Shown here piece by piece: positions 49,015-59,048 of a stretch of 64,000 nt of DNA. Below the pieces are notes generated by a model that made no database searches, had not been told where the DNA came from, and saw nothing but the letters and a program-made list of their open reading frames with translations. Position numbers and translations under genes: made by a program. Source of the DNA: Negativicutes bacterium. Lineage in GTDB: Bacteria; Bacillota; Negativicutes; UBA1444. The stretch is from positions 96,001-160,000 of the forward strand of contig CAXXIN010000018.1 of NCBI GenBank assembly GCA_963665275.2. The letters run 5' to 3'. Numbering within the stretch: the stretch's first letter is position 1; each line of letters begins with the position of its first letter.

Positions 49015-51837
49015 TTGGTCAATCATCTTGCGCAACTGCAAAAAAATGCCGGCAACCTGATCGGCCATATTGAACCGGAAAAAGTACTGAATGCCATTTT
49101 ACAACAGGCGGTCGATGCCATTGGCGCAGCTGGAGGGTCATTGTCGCTTGTTGATGACGAGGACTCCACGTTGCTTTGCTTTCGATTCGCTGTGGGAATC
49201 GATAAGGGCAGGGGCGGAATCCGAGTACGCGCTACAGAGGGATTGATCGGCGAAGTGTGGCGAACTGGAGAAACTCACATACAGCACGACTACCATTCCT
49301 GTGAGAATCGGATATCGAATCCTCGTTTGGATAGGATCACGACCGTGATTTCAGCCCCTGTCAAAATTGGGGAAGAAATCATCGGAGTGATGCAGCTGTC
49401 GTGGCAAGATCAACAGGCGGACATTACCGAGGCAAAATTATTTGCATTTAAACAATTTTCGCACCTAATCTCTGCCGCCTTGGAAAATGCGATGCTGCTC
49501 CTACATCTGCGAGATGAAAAGTCCATCATTGATCACTTGTTTGATGGAATGCCAGGCCTTATGTACATGCTTGACTCAGAGGGCCGGTTGGTTCGCTGGA
49601 GTAAAAAGCTGGAAGAAGTCAGCGGGTATTCCCAGACTGATTTAACAGGTATGCAATTTCTGGATTTTTTTCATGGTGATGACGTGGAACGAGTTTTCCA
49701 TTCTATTGCGATGTCAGTTCAGAATGGTTTGACAGAATTGGAGTCCGATCTACATACACGAAGTGGTTCCCGCTTGACTTATTATCTTACAACCATGCCT
49801 CTGCACATCAACAATGAGCTGTTTATTGCCGGAATCGGCGTGGATGTCACACTGCGTAAGGAATTGGAACAAGAGCTGCGATTACACCGTGACCGGCTAG
49901 AGGCTGTTGTCGAGCAGAGGACGGCCGAACTGTCCTCCGCCAATCAGGAATTGATCGCTATGAACGAAGAGATGACCGCCATGAATGAGGAATTGCAGGC
50001 GGCGAACTGTCTGTTGGAGCAGGAAGTCCAGCTTCGCCAGGAGAAAGAGAAGCAGTTGCTGCTTCGGGGGCATCAATATCGGGCGGCTACCCGTCTATTG
50101 ACGCGTCCGGCCGATGCCGAGTCAGAACGGTTCTCTTTAATTTTGAACGACGCCCTGCAATTGATCGGGGCTCCGACCGGCTATATTGGGATTTTGGATG
50201 CGGAAGACAATCTTGTTATTAGACGTTTCTGCACTGGATCAATTGATTTTGATCGCATGGAGCCGCAGTCCGCGAATTCCGGTATGATGGCCAGTGTATT
50301 TCAGCAGGGCGAGACAGTCCATGTAGTGGATTATCGTACTTATCCCGGTCGCATCGGGGCGCAGGAGCTCGAACGGATCACGACCATTGTAATGGTTCCG
50401 TTGAAACAGGGGAGTCGGATTAAAGGTCTCCTGGCAGCCCATTGGTTGGATGAAGTTCATTCCATTCCGATAGAAGATATTGAAGTGCTGCAGCATTATA
50501 GTGATCTTGCGTCAGCATTCCTGGAACGGATGGAAACTCATGCGGAAATCCGCAATCTTGCGTATAATGATCCTCTGACCGGGATGTCGAACCGTGTGAG
50601 TCTCAATCTATGGCTTGATGAAGAGCTGTCCAAAGTCCGTCAGGGTGTAATAAAAGGGGTTCTGTTTTTCATTGATCTGGATGAATTGAAAATCGTCAAC
50701 GACACATTTGGACACTCCATTGGCGATGATATGATTTTAACTGCAGCGAATCATATCCGGGATGCATTCGGGCAAGAAGCCTTTTGTGCCAGGATCGGCG
50801 GTGATGAATTCATCGTTGCACTTACTGGCGTGCAAAGTAGAGAGTCTGTTGCGGCGTTGGCAGATCGGTTGCTTCAAGTGTTATGCCGTGAATATGACGT
50901 GTTTGATGAACAGGTGCTCATGTCGGCCAGTGTTGGGGTGGTTTTATATCCCGAACATGGAGAAACTCCGGATGAGATAATGAAAAACGCAGATATTGCC
51001 ATGTATGCCGCGAAGGCGAGTGGACGCAATTGCTGGCGGCTGTATGAAGCCTCTCTGCAAAAAGACGCCTATGAAACTATGATGCTGACCAACAGTTTGC
51101 GACGCGCTTTGGATCGAGGGGAACTTTCCTTGCACTACCAACCGCAGATCTGCCTGGCGGATCAGTCAATTGTAGGATTTGAAGCACTGCTGCGCTGGAA
51201 CAGCCCCGAACACGGTTCTGTGCCTCCGAGCCGGTTCATTCCTCTGGCAGAAAAAAGCGGCGTGATCGTTTCGATTGGCGAATGGGTTATCCGGGAAGCG
51301 TGCGTTTTTGCCCGCCGTATCAGTAATATTGAACGGAAATCGATGCATGTTTCCGTCAATATTTCACCCCGCCAGCTGGCTGGCGCAGATTTTATCGACC
51401 GGGTACGGACGATTCTGCACGAAACGGGCATAGAGGCCGGTCAGCTCGAAATGGAAGTGACCGAAAGCATTCTCATCGAATCGATGGAAGAAAGCATCGG
51501 GAAATTGGAACAATTGAGGTCTCTCGGCGTAAATATCGCCCTCGATGATTTTGGCACCGGGTACTCATCGCTGACCTATTTGAGACGGTTGCCTGTAAGC
51601 ACTCTGAAAGTCGATAAATCCTTCATTGACGGGATCATCGATGATGTGACGCAGGCGGAGTATGTTCGGTTCATTATCAACCTTGCCCATGCGCTGAAGT
51701 TGCAGGTGGTGGCAGAAGGCGTGGAGTTCCCGGCGCAGTTGGATAAATTGCGCCAGTATGATTGCGACTGCATTCAGGGCTTTGTGTTCAGTCGACCGCT
51801 GCCGCCGGAAGAAGCAGTACGTTTGCTTGATAACTAA
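49015..51837 (+). CDS. GAF-PAS-coiled coil-GAF-GGDEF-EAL signalling protein
   Basis: DPLTG, RIGGDEF, FEALLR, DDFGTGYSSL, AEGVE. Confidence 0.92.
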   Translation: MVNHLAQLQKNAGNLIGHIEPEKVLNAILQQAVDAIGAAGGSLSLVDDEDSTLLCFRFAVGIDKGRGGIRVRATEGLIGEVWRTGETHIQHDYHSCENRISNPRLDRITTVISAPVKIGEEIIGVMQLSWQDQQADITEAKLFAFKQFSHLISAALENAMLLLHLRDEKSIIDHLFDGMPGLMYMLDSEGRLVRWSKKLEEVSGYSQTDLTGMQFLDFFHGDDVERVFHSIAMSVQNGLTELESDLHTRSGSRLTYYLTTMPLHINNELFIAGIGVDVTLRKELEQELRLHRDRLEAVVEQRTAELSSANQELIAMNEEMTAMNEELQAANCLLEQEVQLRQEKEKQLLLRGHQYRAATRLLTRPADAESERFSLILNDALQLIGAPTGYIGILDAEDNLVIRRFCTGSIDFDRMEPQSANSGMMASVFQQGETVHVVDYRTYPGRIGAQELERITTIVMVPLKQGSRIKGLLAAHWLDEVHSIPIEDIEVLQHYSDLASAFLERMETHAEIRNLAYNDPLTGMSNRVSLNLWLDEELSKVRQGVIKGVLFFIDLDELKIVNDTFGHSIGDDMILTAANHIRDAFGQEAFCARIGGDEFIVALTGVQSRESVAALADRLLQVLCREYDVFDEQVLMSASVGVVLYPEHGETPDEIMKNADIAMYAAKASGRNCWRLYEASLQKDAYETMMLTNSLRRALDRGELSLHYQPQICLADQSIVGFEALLRWNSPEHGSVPPSRFIPLAEKSGVIVSIGEWVIREACVFARRISNIERKSMHVSVNISPRQLAGADFIDRVRTILHETGIEAGQLEMEVTESILIESMEESIGKLEQLRSLGVNIALDDFGTGYSSLTYLRRLPVSTLKVDKSFIDGIIDDVTQAEYVRFIINLAHALKLQVVAEGVEFPAQLDKLRQYDCDCIQGFVFSRPLPPEEAVRLLDN

Positions 51838-51987
51838 AGGCTTCTTTCTCTACTACCCACTGGAAAATCGATAGAAATCTCGTGGAACTGGCAGGTGCCA
51901 GTTCATTTTATGTTTTCAGTTCCGACTTTTGGATTGGACGGGAAGCTCAGGCGGCGTTACAATAGAAAAATACGAGGAGGGTAACCA

Positions 51988-53178
51988 ATGCAAATGTGGC
52001 AAAAAAATTTATGGACGCTGGTTGTGGCTGTAATTTTGTCTGGCGCCAGCTACACGATGGTTATCCCATTCCTGCCGCTATATTTGTTGGAATTGGGAGT
52101 TGGTCATGAGAATGTGAAGATCTGGTCAGGCGTAGTCTTCGCGGCCGCTTTTTTGGTGGCTGCATTCATGGCGCCTTACTGGGGAAAGCGCGCAGATCGC
52201 TCAGGTAAACGCCAAATGATTATGCGCGCAGGAGTTATGCTGGCGATTGCATATTTTGCCGGCGCCTGGGTGCGTAATCCGACTGAATTGCTTTTTGTCC
52301 GGATCTTCCAAGGTTTCGCCAATGGTTTTGTACCCGCATCGATGGCGCTGGTTGCCTCATCGGCGCCACCGGAAAAAATGAGCTTCTGTATGGGAGTCAT
52401 GCAGGCCGCGCTGGTGACTGGGGGAATACTGGGACCGATGATAGGTGGGGTGTTGTCCCATCTGTTCGGCATGCGCATGTCTTTCGTGGTTTCGGCTGCA
52501 GTTATTCTGGCTGCAACCGCTGCTGTGAAGTGGCTGGTGTTTGAGCCAAAGAAAATCATCAAGTCTGCTGAAACAAGTTTGGTCGAAGACTTGAAAAGGG
52601 CGTTTCGTAACCAAGTTCTCGTCAAAATGTTAGGCTTGCTGTTTGTAGTTCAAATCGTCAGCATGACATTACAACCATTGATGTCCCTGTATGTCGCTGA
52701 ATTGCAGGGGTCGATGGAGGGAGTGGGACTCACGACTGGATTCATTTTCAGTCTGTCGGGCGTGGCCAGTGCCCTGGCGGCTCCACTCTGGGGAAGGGCG
52801 GGGGCGCGTCGTGAAATGCGCGGCCTTTTAGTCGTAGCGTTTGTCGGGGCTGGTTTATTCAATATGGGGCAGTTTTTTGCCTCAACGATTATTCAATTTG
52901 GTGCGCTACAATTCTTCATGGGCCTTTTTTTCATCGGTGTGTTTCCGGCGATCAACATGATGGCGCTTAATTCCAGCGATGTAGGGTTCCATGGAAGGGT
53001 ATTCGGTTTGACGAATGCAGCTACCCAGCTCGGATCGATGGTCGGTCCGCTGGCCGGAGGTTTCGTTAGCTCCTGGACTGGAATTCGGCCGATCTTTGTT
53101 TTGACTGGCGCGACATTGGTCCTCCTAGGAGTTTATGTCTTCCAGCTTAGGCTGAGAGGTTCATCAGTTAGTCGTTGA
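51988..53178 (+). CDS. MFS efflux transporter (MdtG-like)
   Basis: PFLPLY, WGKRADRSGKR, GPMIGG. Confidence 0.85.
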   Translation: MQMWQKNLWTLVVAVILSGASYTMVIPFLPLYLLELGVGHENVKIWSGVVFAAAFLVAAFMAPYWGKRADRSGKRQMIMRAGVMLAIAYFAGAWVRNPTELLFVRIFQGFANGFVPASMALVASSAPPEKMSFCMGVMQAALVTGGILGPMIGGVLSHLFGMRMSFVVSAAVILAATAAVKWLVFEPKKIIKSAETSLVEDLKRAFRNQVLVKMLGLLFVVQIVSMTLQPLMSLYVAELQGSMEGVGLTTGFIFSLSGVASALAAPLWGRAGARREMRGLLVVAFVGAGLFNMGQFFASTIIQFGALQFFMGLFFIGVFPAINMMALNSSDVGFHGRVFGLTNAATQLGSMVGPLAGGFVSSWTGIRPIFVLTGATLVLLGVYVFQLRLRGSSVSR

Positions 53179-53205
53179 TTTCATATAGGGGTGGAGTGTG
53201 AAGGG

Positions 53206-53913
53206 ATGAGAACTCAGGGTGTGCTTTTTGACTTATACGGAACGCTAGTTGTATATGGTGAGATGGAAAAAGCGTGGGATGCTTGGTACCAAGTAATTTA
53301 TGACACTTTCCGAATGAATGGTCTGTCGCTTGATACGGCTGGATTTCGTCCCTTTTGCATCGGATTCTTTGAACGGCCGGAACCGACTCATGCAGGGGGT
53401 GATCTGACAGTGGTCGAGCGACGCCTGCATCGCCTGGCACAGGAAATGGATGTTGTCATTCCGCGGGAGCAGGCTCTGCGGGCTGTCGAGCAATCCCTCG
53501 ACGTTTGGCACGATTACGTACACCTTGATCCGGAAGCGCCGGCAGTATTGGAAAAGATCGGCCGCAACAGATCCTTGGCATTAGTGTCGAATTTTGATTA
53601 TGCGCCGTATGTTGAGGACCTGATGTCGCGTTGGAATCTGGAACCTCTTTTTGATGCAATCTTGGTATCGGATTCGGTCGGCGTCAAAAAACCGCATCCG
53701 GGTATCTTTGAACAAGCGTTGCGGGAATTGGATATTCCTGCGACAAGCGCGATCCATGTCGGAGATAGCCAGGAAGATATTGACGGCGCCGCTGGAGCCG
53801 GTATACGGCCGGTTTGGATCGACAGACAACGCAAGGATCGTTGGAGAGCGAAGCCGGAATCCGATGTGATGAGGATTTCTTCTCTGGCCGAATTATTGGA
53901 TCTGTTGGACTAA
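53206..53913 (+). CDS. HAD-family hydrolase
   Basis: FDLYGTL, VSN, KKPHPGIF, HVGDS..DIDGA (ORF track starts 53191). Confidence 0.88.
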   Translation: MRTQGVLFDLYGTLVVYGEMEKAWDAWYQVIYDTFRMNGLSLDTAGFRPFCIGFFERPEPTHAGGDLTVVERRLHRLAQEMDVVIPREQALRAVEQSLDVWHDYVHLDPEAPAVLEKIGRNRSLALVSNFDYAPYVEDLMSRWNLEPLFDAILVSDSVGVKKPHPGIFEQALRELDIPATSAIHVGDSQEDIDGAAGAGIRPVWIDRQRKDRWRAKPESDVMRISSLAELLDLLD

Positions 53914-53920
53914 AGCCCTG

Positions 53921-55072
53921 ATGAATGCAACACAATGGCTATTTTGCGTCACAATTACACTATATTGGTTTTCCTTGTATACTTATGTTCCCATACTGCC
54001 TGTATACGCCTCAGCCATCGGGGCCTCATACAAGATGGTGGGTTTGGTAGTCGGAGCATATGGCGTTACCCAACTGCTATTGCGCATTCCTCAGGGAGTG
54101 CTTTCCGATCGCTGGCAGAAGCGCAAAGTTTTTGTGGTATTAGCGATGTTGATTTCAGCGGTCAGCGCATTGGGAATGTTCTTATTTCCAAATGTGACGG
54201 CTCTGCTGTTTTTTCGAGGATTGTCAGGGCTGGCGGCTACGGCCTGGGTAATTATTGTGGTGCTGTTTGCCAGTTATTTCAGCCCGACGGAAGCGCCCAA
54301 AGCCTATGGAATAATGAATTCGATCGGTTTCGCCGGACAGATGGCCGGAATGTTCGCCGGGGGGGTCATCGCAGAAGTTTGGGGATGGTCATCCACATTT
54401 CTGTTGGCTGTTGCAGCTGCGGCACTGGGCTTGTTGTTGTCCCTGTTCGTGAAAGAGAATGTTCCGCAGGTCGCGGCTCCCATGCGGTTGGCCCAGGTTC
54501 CCGAAATTGTCCGTAACTTTCATGTGCTTATGGCGGCGACGATGGCCATACTGGTCCAGTTGGTGGTATATGGCACTGTTTTTGGGTTTGTGCCGGTCGC
54601 AGCCCGTAGCCTGGGCGCCACCAACTTTGAACTGGGCCTGTTAACGACGCTTTCTACACTGCCGAGCATCATTGCTTCCATGATGGCCGGGACCTTGTTC
54701 GTCCGGAAGCTGGGGCTTCAGAAGACTCTTTACGCTGGCTTTTTGATGTTGGCGGTATCAGCGGCAGCTGTTCCTTTTTTGGACAATATGACTCAATTGT
54801 ACGGATTTCAATTTCTGGGAGGGTTCGGACGCGGACTGGTTTTCCCGTTGCTGATGACTCTTAGCGTGAAAAGCATGCAGGAGGAGACCAAGGCGACTGC
54901 GATGGGTGTTTTTCAATCGCTGTATGCGCTGGGCATGTTTGTCGGTCCGGTCATGGTGGGCTTGGTTGCTGATATGGCAGGACTAAATGTGGGCTTCTGG
55001 TTGTGCGGACTCGGTGGTCTCGCAGGAATCGGAATTGCCTTTTTATATGCAGGGGATCAGCCTTGCAGCTGA
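53921..55072 (+). CDS. MFS transporter
   Basis: About 12 TMs; GVLSDRWQKRK motif A. Confidence 0.88.
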   Translation: MNATQWLFCVTITLYWFSLYTYVPILPVYASAIGASYKMVGLVVGAYGVTQLLLRIPQGVLSDRWQKRKVFVVLAMLISAVSALGMFLFPNVTALLFFRGLSGLAATAWVIIVVLFASYFSPTEAPKAYGIMNSIGFAGQMAGMFAGGVIAEVWGWSSTFLLAVAAAALGLLLSLFVKENVPQVAAPMRLAQVPEIVRNFHVLMAATMAILVQLVVYGTVFGFVPVAARSLGATNFELGLLTTLSTLPSIIASMMAGTLFVRKLGLQKTLYAGFLMLAVSAAAVPFLDNMTQLYGFQFLGGFGRGLVFPLLMTLSVKSMQEETKATAMGVFQSLYALGMFVGPVMVGLVADMAGLNVGFWLCGLGGLAGIGIAFLYAGDQPCS

Positions 55073-55158
55073 TAGGTTTTAATAAACCTCCTTCCTACTT
55101 TGCGAATCTGCAAATTCAGAGTATACTATAGGATATGTTCTAAACGTGGAGGATATGC

Positions 55159-56757
55159 ATGCAAGATTCAGAGTTTGAGGCGCAAATTAAAAAAAGACGG
55201 ACGTTTGCCATTATTTCGCATCCGGACGCCGGTAAAACAACATTAACGGAAAAACTGTTGCTATATGGAGGCGCGATTCGCCTGGCCGGCACTGTCAAAG
55301 GGCGCAAGGCCCAAAAATTCGCCGTGTCGGACTGGATGGAAATCGAGAAGCAACGTGGGATTTCGGTGACCTCCAGTGTCATGCAGTTTGAATATGACGG
55401 TTGCTGTATCAATATCCTCGATACTCCCGGTCACCAAGACTTCAGTGAGGATACTTACCGAACCTTGATGGCGGCGGACAGCGCAGTGATGCTGATTGAC
55501 GCGGCCAAAGGTGTCGAGGAACAGACCCGGAAATTGTTCCAGGTTTGCAGGCAGCGGCATATTCCTGTCTTTACCTTTATTAATAAAATCGATCGTTACG
55601 GCAAGGATCCGTTCGAACTGATGGACGAATTGGAAAAAGTCCTCGGTATCCGGTCCTACCCCATGAACTGGCCAGTCGGACTCAATGGCAGCTACCAGGG
55701 CGTTTACAACCGGCAGAAACAACAAATTGAACTTTTCGAAGCCGATGGCTCTCATGGCAGCGACATCATCAAGTCGAAAGTCGGCGACCTTAAAGACGAA
55801 GTGTTCGCGCAGCTATTGCCGCCGGACGTTCACACGCAGCTTTGTCACGATATTGAATTGTTGGATATGGCGGGCGATCCTTTTAGCATTCAAACCGTTT
55901 TGCAGGGAGAACTCAGCCCTGTATACTTCGGCAGCGCGCTCACCAATTTCGGTGTGCGGGCATTTTTGGAGGACTTCTTGACGTTGGCGCCGTCCCCGGC
56001 GCCGCGCATGGCGAAAGAGGGCGTTATTATGCCCGAATCCGAAGGCTTCAGCGCGTTCGTCTTTAAGATTCAGGCCAATATGAACCCCGCTCATCGCGAC
56101 CGACTCGCATTCGTGCGCATCTGTTCCGGCAAATTTACACGGGGAATGACGGTGCGGCACAAGCAATCCGGTAAAACGCTCGCGTTGACGCAGCCGCAGC
56201 AGTTCGTCGCACAGGAACGGACGATTGTGGAAGAAGCTTATCCGGGGGATGTCATCGGATTGTTCGATCCCGGTATTTTTGCCATCGGTGACTCCATTTG
56301 CGAACCAGGGATCGATGTTACCTTCGAGGATTTTCCCGTTTTCCCGCCGGAACGATTCGCGAAGGTTCAGGCGAAGGCAACGTTGAAGCGCAAGCATTTT
56401 ATCAAGGGAATTACTCAACTGGGACAAGAAGGGGCCATCCAGATTTTCCAGATGCCTTATGCTGCTGATCAGGGGTATGTCATCGGTGTGGTGGGGCAAC
56501 TTCAGTTCGAAATTCTTGCATATCGACTGCAATATGAATATGGCGTCGAAATTGATGTTCAATATTTGCCTCACACGGCCTGCCGCTGGCTCATCACGGA
56601 TCCATCCAACAATCAGCCGCTAAAGTATATGGATGAAAATCTGGTGATCAAAGACCGATTCGACCGGACCGTAGTGCTGTTTCTGGGCAACTGGCAGATG
56701 AACTGGACCATCGAACAAAATCCTCATGTTCAATTTCTGGTGGCGCCGCCGCGGTGA
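55159..56757 (+). CDS. prfC: Peptide chain release factor 3
   Basis: RRTFAIISHPDAGKTT, DTPGHQDFSEDTYR, QANMNPAHRDR. Confidence 0.97.
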   Translation: MQDSEFEAQIKKRRTFAIISHPDAGKTTLTEKLLLYGGAIRLAGTVKGRKAQKFAVSDWMEIEKQRGISVTSSVMQFEYDGCCINILDTPGHQDFSEDTYRTLMAADSAVMLIDAAKGVEEQTRKLFQVCRQRHIPVFTFINKIDRYGKDPFELMDELEKVLGIRSYPMNWPVGLNGSYQGVYNRQKQQIELFEADGSHGSDIIKSKVGDLKDEVFAQLLPPDVHTQLCHDIELLDMAGDPFSIQTVLQGELSPVYFGSALTNFGVRAFLEDFLTLAPSPAPRMAKEGVIMPESEGFSAFVFKIQANMNPAHRDRLAFVRICSGKFTRGMTVRHKQSGKTLALTQPQQFVAQERTIVEEAYPGDVIGLFDPGIFAIGDSICEPGIDVTFEDFPVFPPERFAKVQAKATLKRKHFIKGITQLGQEGAIQIFQMPYAADQGYVIGVVGQLQFEILAYRLQYEYGVEIDVQYLPHTACRWLITDPSNNQPLKYMDENLVIKDRFDRTVVLFLGNWQMNWTIEQNPHVQFLVAPPR

Positions 56758-56790
56758 TAGGTCCGTATGCCGTAAAGGTTGGCATTGCAC

Positions 56791-56820
56791 TTGACAAACA
56801 CTTTGTTTTTTCACTATAAT
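56791..56820 (+). promoter_or_regulatory. SigA promoter upstream of glycine riboswitch
   Basis: TTGACA - 18 bp - TATAAT. Confidence 0.7.
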
Positions 56821-56924
56821 TTTAAAGGCGGATAACAGCGGTCTATAATTGAATAAGATTAGTCCAAACGAAGTTTGCGGAACACTTGCCGGTCATTCCG
56901 GCTGCGAACCGTAAATGAATGGAA

Positions 56925-57008
56925 CTCTGGAGAGCCCCTGTCAGCAGGGCGCCGAAGGTGCAAATCGGTCATATATGACCGGTGAAACTCTCAGGCAAAA
57001 GGACAGAG
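56925..57008 (+). ncRNA. Glycine riboswitch (singlet aptamer)
   Basis: CTCTGGAGAG...CGCCGAAGGTGCAA...AAACTCTCAGGCAAAAGGACAGAG matches the glycine aptamer consensus. Confidence 0.92.
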
Positions 57009-57057
57009 CAGATGGTACAACTTTTTTGGTTGTGCTGTTGCTTTTTTTGTGCATGTC

Positions 57058-57093
57058 CAGAGTCAAATCATCGTGATTTGACTCTGTTTTTTT
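57058..57093 (+). terminator. Leader terminator downstream of riboswitch
   Basis: CAGAGTCAAATCA-tcg-TGATTTGACTCTG + T7. Confidence 0.8.
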
Positions 57094-57186
57094 GAGAGCC
57101 TTCTGCGGTTGATGGGGCGGGTCCGTTTTTAAAGAATCGTAAATTACCGTCTGGTCCAGCCAATTAGGGGAGAGAGGGGATTTCAA

Positions 57187-58356
57187 ATGAACAGCAAAAA
57201 TCATGTCCTATTCGTGTTGCTTATCGTAGCTTTAATGGTGGGAAGCCTGGTGGCCGGTTGCGGTAAAAGTACCGATGCCAACAAGATTAAAATCGGACTG
57301 CTCAACGAAATGACCGGCGGTAATGCGACTTTCGGGACTTCTTCAGCTAACGGCGCGAAAATGGCGTTCAAGGAAATCAATGCCAAGGGCGGCGTACTGG
57401 GGAAACAAATCGAAGCCGTGATTGCGGACAACAAGAGCGAACCCTCCGAGTCGGCCAATGCGATGACCAAACTGGCGACACAGGATGGAGTCGTGGCTGT
57501 TACTGGTGTTTTTGCCAGTTCGAATGCGATTGCAGCCTCTAGCGTTGCAGAGGCTACCAAGACACCGTTTTTGGCAGTCGGTGCCACCAATCCCAAAGTA
57601 ACGGTGGATGAAAAATCCCAAAAAGTAAAAGAGTACACCTTCCGCGTCTGCTTCATCGATCCTTTTCAAGGGACTGTGGGCGCTAATTTCGTATTCAACA
57701 CCCTGAAACTCAAAAAAGCTGCAATCATGGTCGACAACAGCAGCGATTACAGCAAGGGACTGGCCGCATTCTTCAAAGAAGCCTTTGTCAAGGGCGGGGG
57801 CAGTATTCTGCTTGAAGAGGCGTATCTGCAAAAAGATCAGGACTTCAAAGCGGTGCTCACAAAATTGAAGGCATTGAACGCAGAAGTTATCTATGTGCCT
57901 GGGTACTATGAAGAAGTAGGCAAGATTGTCAAGCAGGCTCGTGAGCTCGGCATCACTGCTCCCATTATCGGCGGAGATGGTTGGGATTCACCCAAATTAG
58001 TCGAAATTGGCACTGCGGCAGCTCTCAATAACACGTACTTCACCAACCACTATTCGGTGGATGATAATAGTCCAGCTTCAAAGGCTTTTGTGGATGCGTA
58101 TAAGAAAGAATACGGACAAAACCCGGATGCGTTGGCCGTTCTTGGGTACGATGCTGCAAAACTGCTTATCGATGCCATTGGGCGCGCGAATAGCACGGAT
58201 AAGACAAAAATACTGGCAGCCATTGCTGCCACCAAAGACTATCCGGCAATCACTGGCGCAACTACTTTGAATGCAACGCATGATGCCGTCAAGAGCGCGG
58301 TTATAATCGAAATGAAAGATGGAAAACAAGTTTTCAAGGCAACAGTCAAACCATAA
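57187..58356 (+). CDS. LivJ/LivK-type ABC amino-acid-binding lipoprotein
   Basis: Lipobox LVAGC, EINAKGGVLGK, FRVCFID, GGDGWDS. Confidence 0.9.
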   Translation: MNSKNHVLFVLLIVALMVGSLVAGCGKSTDANKIKIGLLNEMTGGNATFGTSSANGAKMAFKEINAKGGVLGKQIEAVIADNKSEPSESANAMTKLATQDGVVAVTGVFASSNAIAASSVAEATKTPFLAVGATNPKVTVDEKSQKVKEYTFRVCFIDPFQGTVGANFVFNTLKLKKAAIMVDNSSDYSKGLAAFFKEAFVKGGGSILLEEAYLQKDQDFKAVLTKLKALNAEVIYVPGYYEEVGKIVKQARELGITAPIIGGDGWDSPKLVEIGTAAALNNTYFTNHYSVDDNSPASKAFVDAYKKEYGQNPDALAVLGYDAAKLLIDAIGRANSTDKTKILAAIAATKDYPAITGATTLNATHDAVKSAVIIEMKDGKQVFKATVKP

Positions 58357-58399
58357 GCGACAGTTATTGGACAGACAGGAATTTTCTCTGGGAATGGCG

Positions 58400-58437
58400 A
58401 AAAAAGAGATGTAGAAAATAGCTACATCTCTTTTTTT
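58400..58437 (+). terminator. Terminator after binding-protein gene
   Basis: AAAAAAGAGATGTAG...CTACATCTCTTTTTTT. Confidence 0.8.
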
Positions 58438-58554
58438 AGGCCACAATAAAAATTCGTACAGAAGGCGAAGCATTATCAATTTTGCAAGTAACCTTCAATG
58501 CTAAATCCTGGATTAATAACACTGATCAATGCGGCAGAGAATGGGAGGATATTA

Positions 58555-59022
58555 ATGAATCAATTTATGAAAATCGCCACCGACGAGGCCGCGATAGGAT
58601 CCCAAAATAATGAAGGGGGGCCTTTCGGTGCAGTGATCAGCAAGAATGGCGTAATCATAGCCCAAGGCCACAATGAAGTTCTGAAAACCAATGATCCGAC
58701 TGCGCATGCTGAGATCGTTGTGATCCGCAGGGCGGCAGCGGCGTTGGGGCAATTTAATCTTTCCGGCTGCGAAATCCACACTTCCTGTGAACCCTGTCCG
58801 ATGTGCTTATCGGCCATTTACTGGTCGCGAATTTCCAAAGTGTATTATGGTTGCACGAAGGAGGACGCGGCAGATATCGGATTCGACGATAACGCGATCT
58901 ATGAATACATCAGACATCCAAAGCAGCATCAGGAGGAACTTCGGTTGATTCCACTCGACCGTGAGGAATGTCTGCAACGGTTCAAGGCTTGGCAGGACAA
59001 ACAGGATAAAACGATGTATTGA
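58555..59022 (+). CDS. guaD: Guanine deaminase (cytidine deaminase fold)
   Basis: GGPFGAVI, DPTAHAE, CEPCPMC, GFDD, C-terminal Tyr; ATG at 58555 after GGAGG. Confidence 0.8.
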   Translation: MNQFMKIATDEAAIGSQNNEGGPFGAVISKNGVIIAQGHNEVLKTNDPTAHAEIVVIRRAAAALGQFNLSGCEIHTSCEPCPMCLSAIYWSRISKVYYGCTKEDAADIGFDDNAIYEYIRHPKQHQEELRLIPLDREECLQRFKAWQDKQDKTMY

Positions 59023-59048
59023 TCTAGTAAAGCAAAGAGGGTGTTCCT

